A stretch of DNA of 64,000 nucleotides from an uncultured cyanobacterium. GTDB taxonomy: Bacteria; Cyanobacteriota; Cyanobacteriia; Leptolyngbyales; Leptolyngbyaceae. The position numbers and the translations under genes were made by a program. The notes under the pieces were generated by a model. The model was given only the letters and a program-made list of their open reading frames with translations. It was not told the DNA's origin and ran no database searches. The stretch is taken from contig CAVYAN010000096.1 in assembly GCA_963766075.1 (NCBI GenBank), positions 1 through 64,000 on the forward strand. Reading direction: 5' to 3'. Below, one piece after another: positions 63,255 through 64,000 of this stretch (within the stretch, counting starts at the first letter, position 1; every line of letters begins with the position of its first letter).

Positions 63255-64000
63255 CTACTCGACGCTGACCCATTGCCCAGAGCGATGGGACTGGTGGGCC
63301 AAGTCCATCAGGCGTTGGGAGTATAGTCCTTCGGCCAGCGAAGGCGCGATCGCCCGTCCTGCGTCGATCCCCTCCACCCAGCGATCCACAATCCGAACGA
63401 AGGGCGCAATTCGCCCATCCTCGTAGGTTTTGGGGAATTCAAGACGTTCCGGGATCACCAATTCCGTCAGCGGTGCCCCTTGGTGACTGCCCCAAAGCTG
63501 GAAGCCATGGACATAATCCTTCTGATTACTACTGCCCAGAATTAAAGTGCCGCGATCGCCATATATCTCCACCCAATGCCCCCGCCCCTGATAGGTAGCC
63601 GCACTTAAGCAGATCTGGCAGGGTGTCCCATCGGCCAATTCCAACTGGATGAAACTACTATCATCGGCATCCACGATCTTCGGCTCCCCCGTTATGGGAT
63701 CCGGTCGCGTTGGGACCGACACCACCAAACAGGCCGATAGGCGCTGCACCGGCCCAAACAGCCACGCCACATAATCAAAGGCATGGGACCCAATCGCCCC
63801 CAAGGCCCCGCCGCCCAACGCCTTTTGGGCGTACCAATTCCAGGACCGCGAGGCATCGGCCCGACTGGACACCAGCCAATCAATCTTAATTAATCGGGGT
63901 TGGCCCACATAGCCCTCCGCCAGGAGTTCGGCTAGCCTCAGCCACGCGGGAATGCAGCGAAATTCAAAGTTCATCATCGTCACTAGGCCCCGATCCTGCG
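63255..64000 (-). CDS. Gfo/Idh/MocA-family oxidoreductase (5'-partial, continues beyond the window)
   Basis: NFEFR; GGGALGAIGSHAFD; EIYGDRGTL. Confidence 0.85.
   Translation of the reverse strand, partial: QDRGLVTMMNFEFRCIPAWLRLAELLAEGYVGQPRLIKIDWLVSSRADASRSWNWYAQKALGGGALGAIGSHAFDYVAWLFGPVQRLSACLVVSVPTRPDPITGEPKIVDADDSSFIQLELADGTPCQICLSAATYQGRGHWVEIYGDRGTLILGSSNQKDYVHGFQLWGSHQGAPLTELVIPERLEFPKTYEDGRIAPFVRIVDRWVEGIDAGRAIAPSLAEGLYSQRLMDLAHQSHRSGQWVSVE

Overview
Cyanobacterial chromosome segment. Support: HIP1 octamer GCGATCGC is frequent throughout, and pxcA, a flavodiiron pair, CPP1-like, Uma2 and Npun_F0494-family genes are present. The flanks (1-30.5 kb and 47-64 kb) hold mostly ordinary core genes: cobQ, mnmA, pyrE, tldD, flv4/flv2-like pair, cyaB2-like cyclase, dxs, pxcA, amidase, pyrG, photolyase, gatB. 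Between them is a ~16 kb accessory block (about 31.0-47.0 kb) whose genes all lie on the + strand. Its left edge is a nest of short repeats plus a 192-bp MITE with a TTA target duplication; its right edge is a 31-bp tandem duplication. The block opens with an HTH-NACHT (STAND) gene that has no recognisable toxic effector domain, followed by stress/dormancy-type genes (sterol desaturase family, CsbD, lmo0937 family, YggT, PspC domain, Acg-like nitroreductase, PCD, CbpA/CbpM, ion channel, baeRF-like, MgtA). Main find: a colinear ~38-bp non-coding motif (TGTATCtTaATCAAwCAATTCAtcCAG--AATCAAACA) recurs four times, each at the head of a sub-operon and each followed at the same +47 offset by a -10-like YANNNT hexamer. 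Its sub-element AATCAAACA also occurs in several reverse-oriented copies upstream of the HTH-NACHT gene. My inference is a STAND-type transcriptional activator with its own regulon. Several single-base frameshifts look like sequencing artefacts. I recognised no rRNA, tRNA or CRISPR array. All family assignments come from recalled motifs, not database searches.
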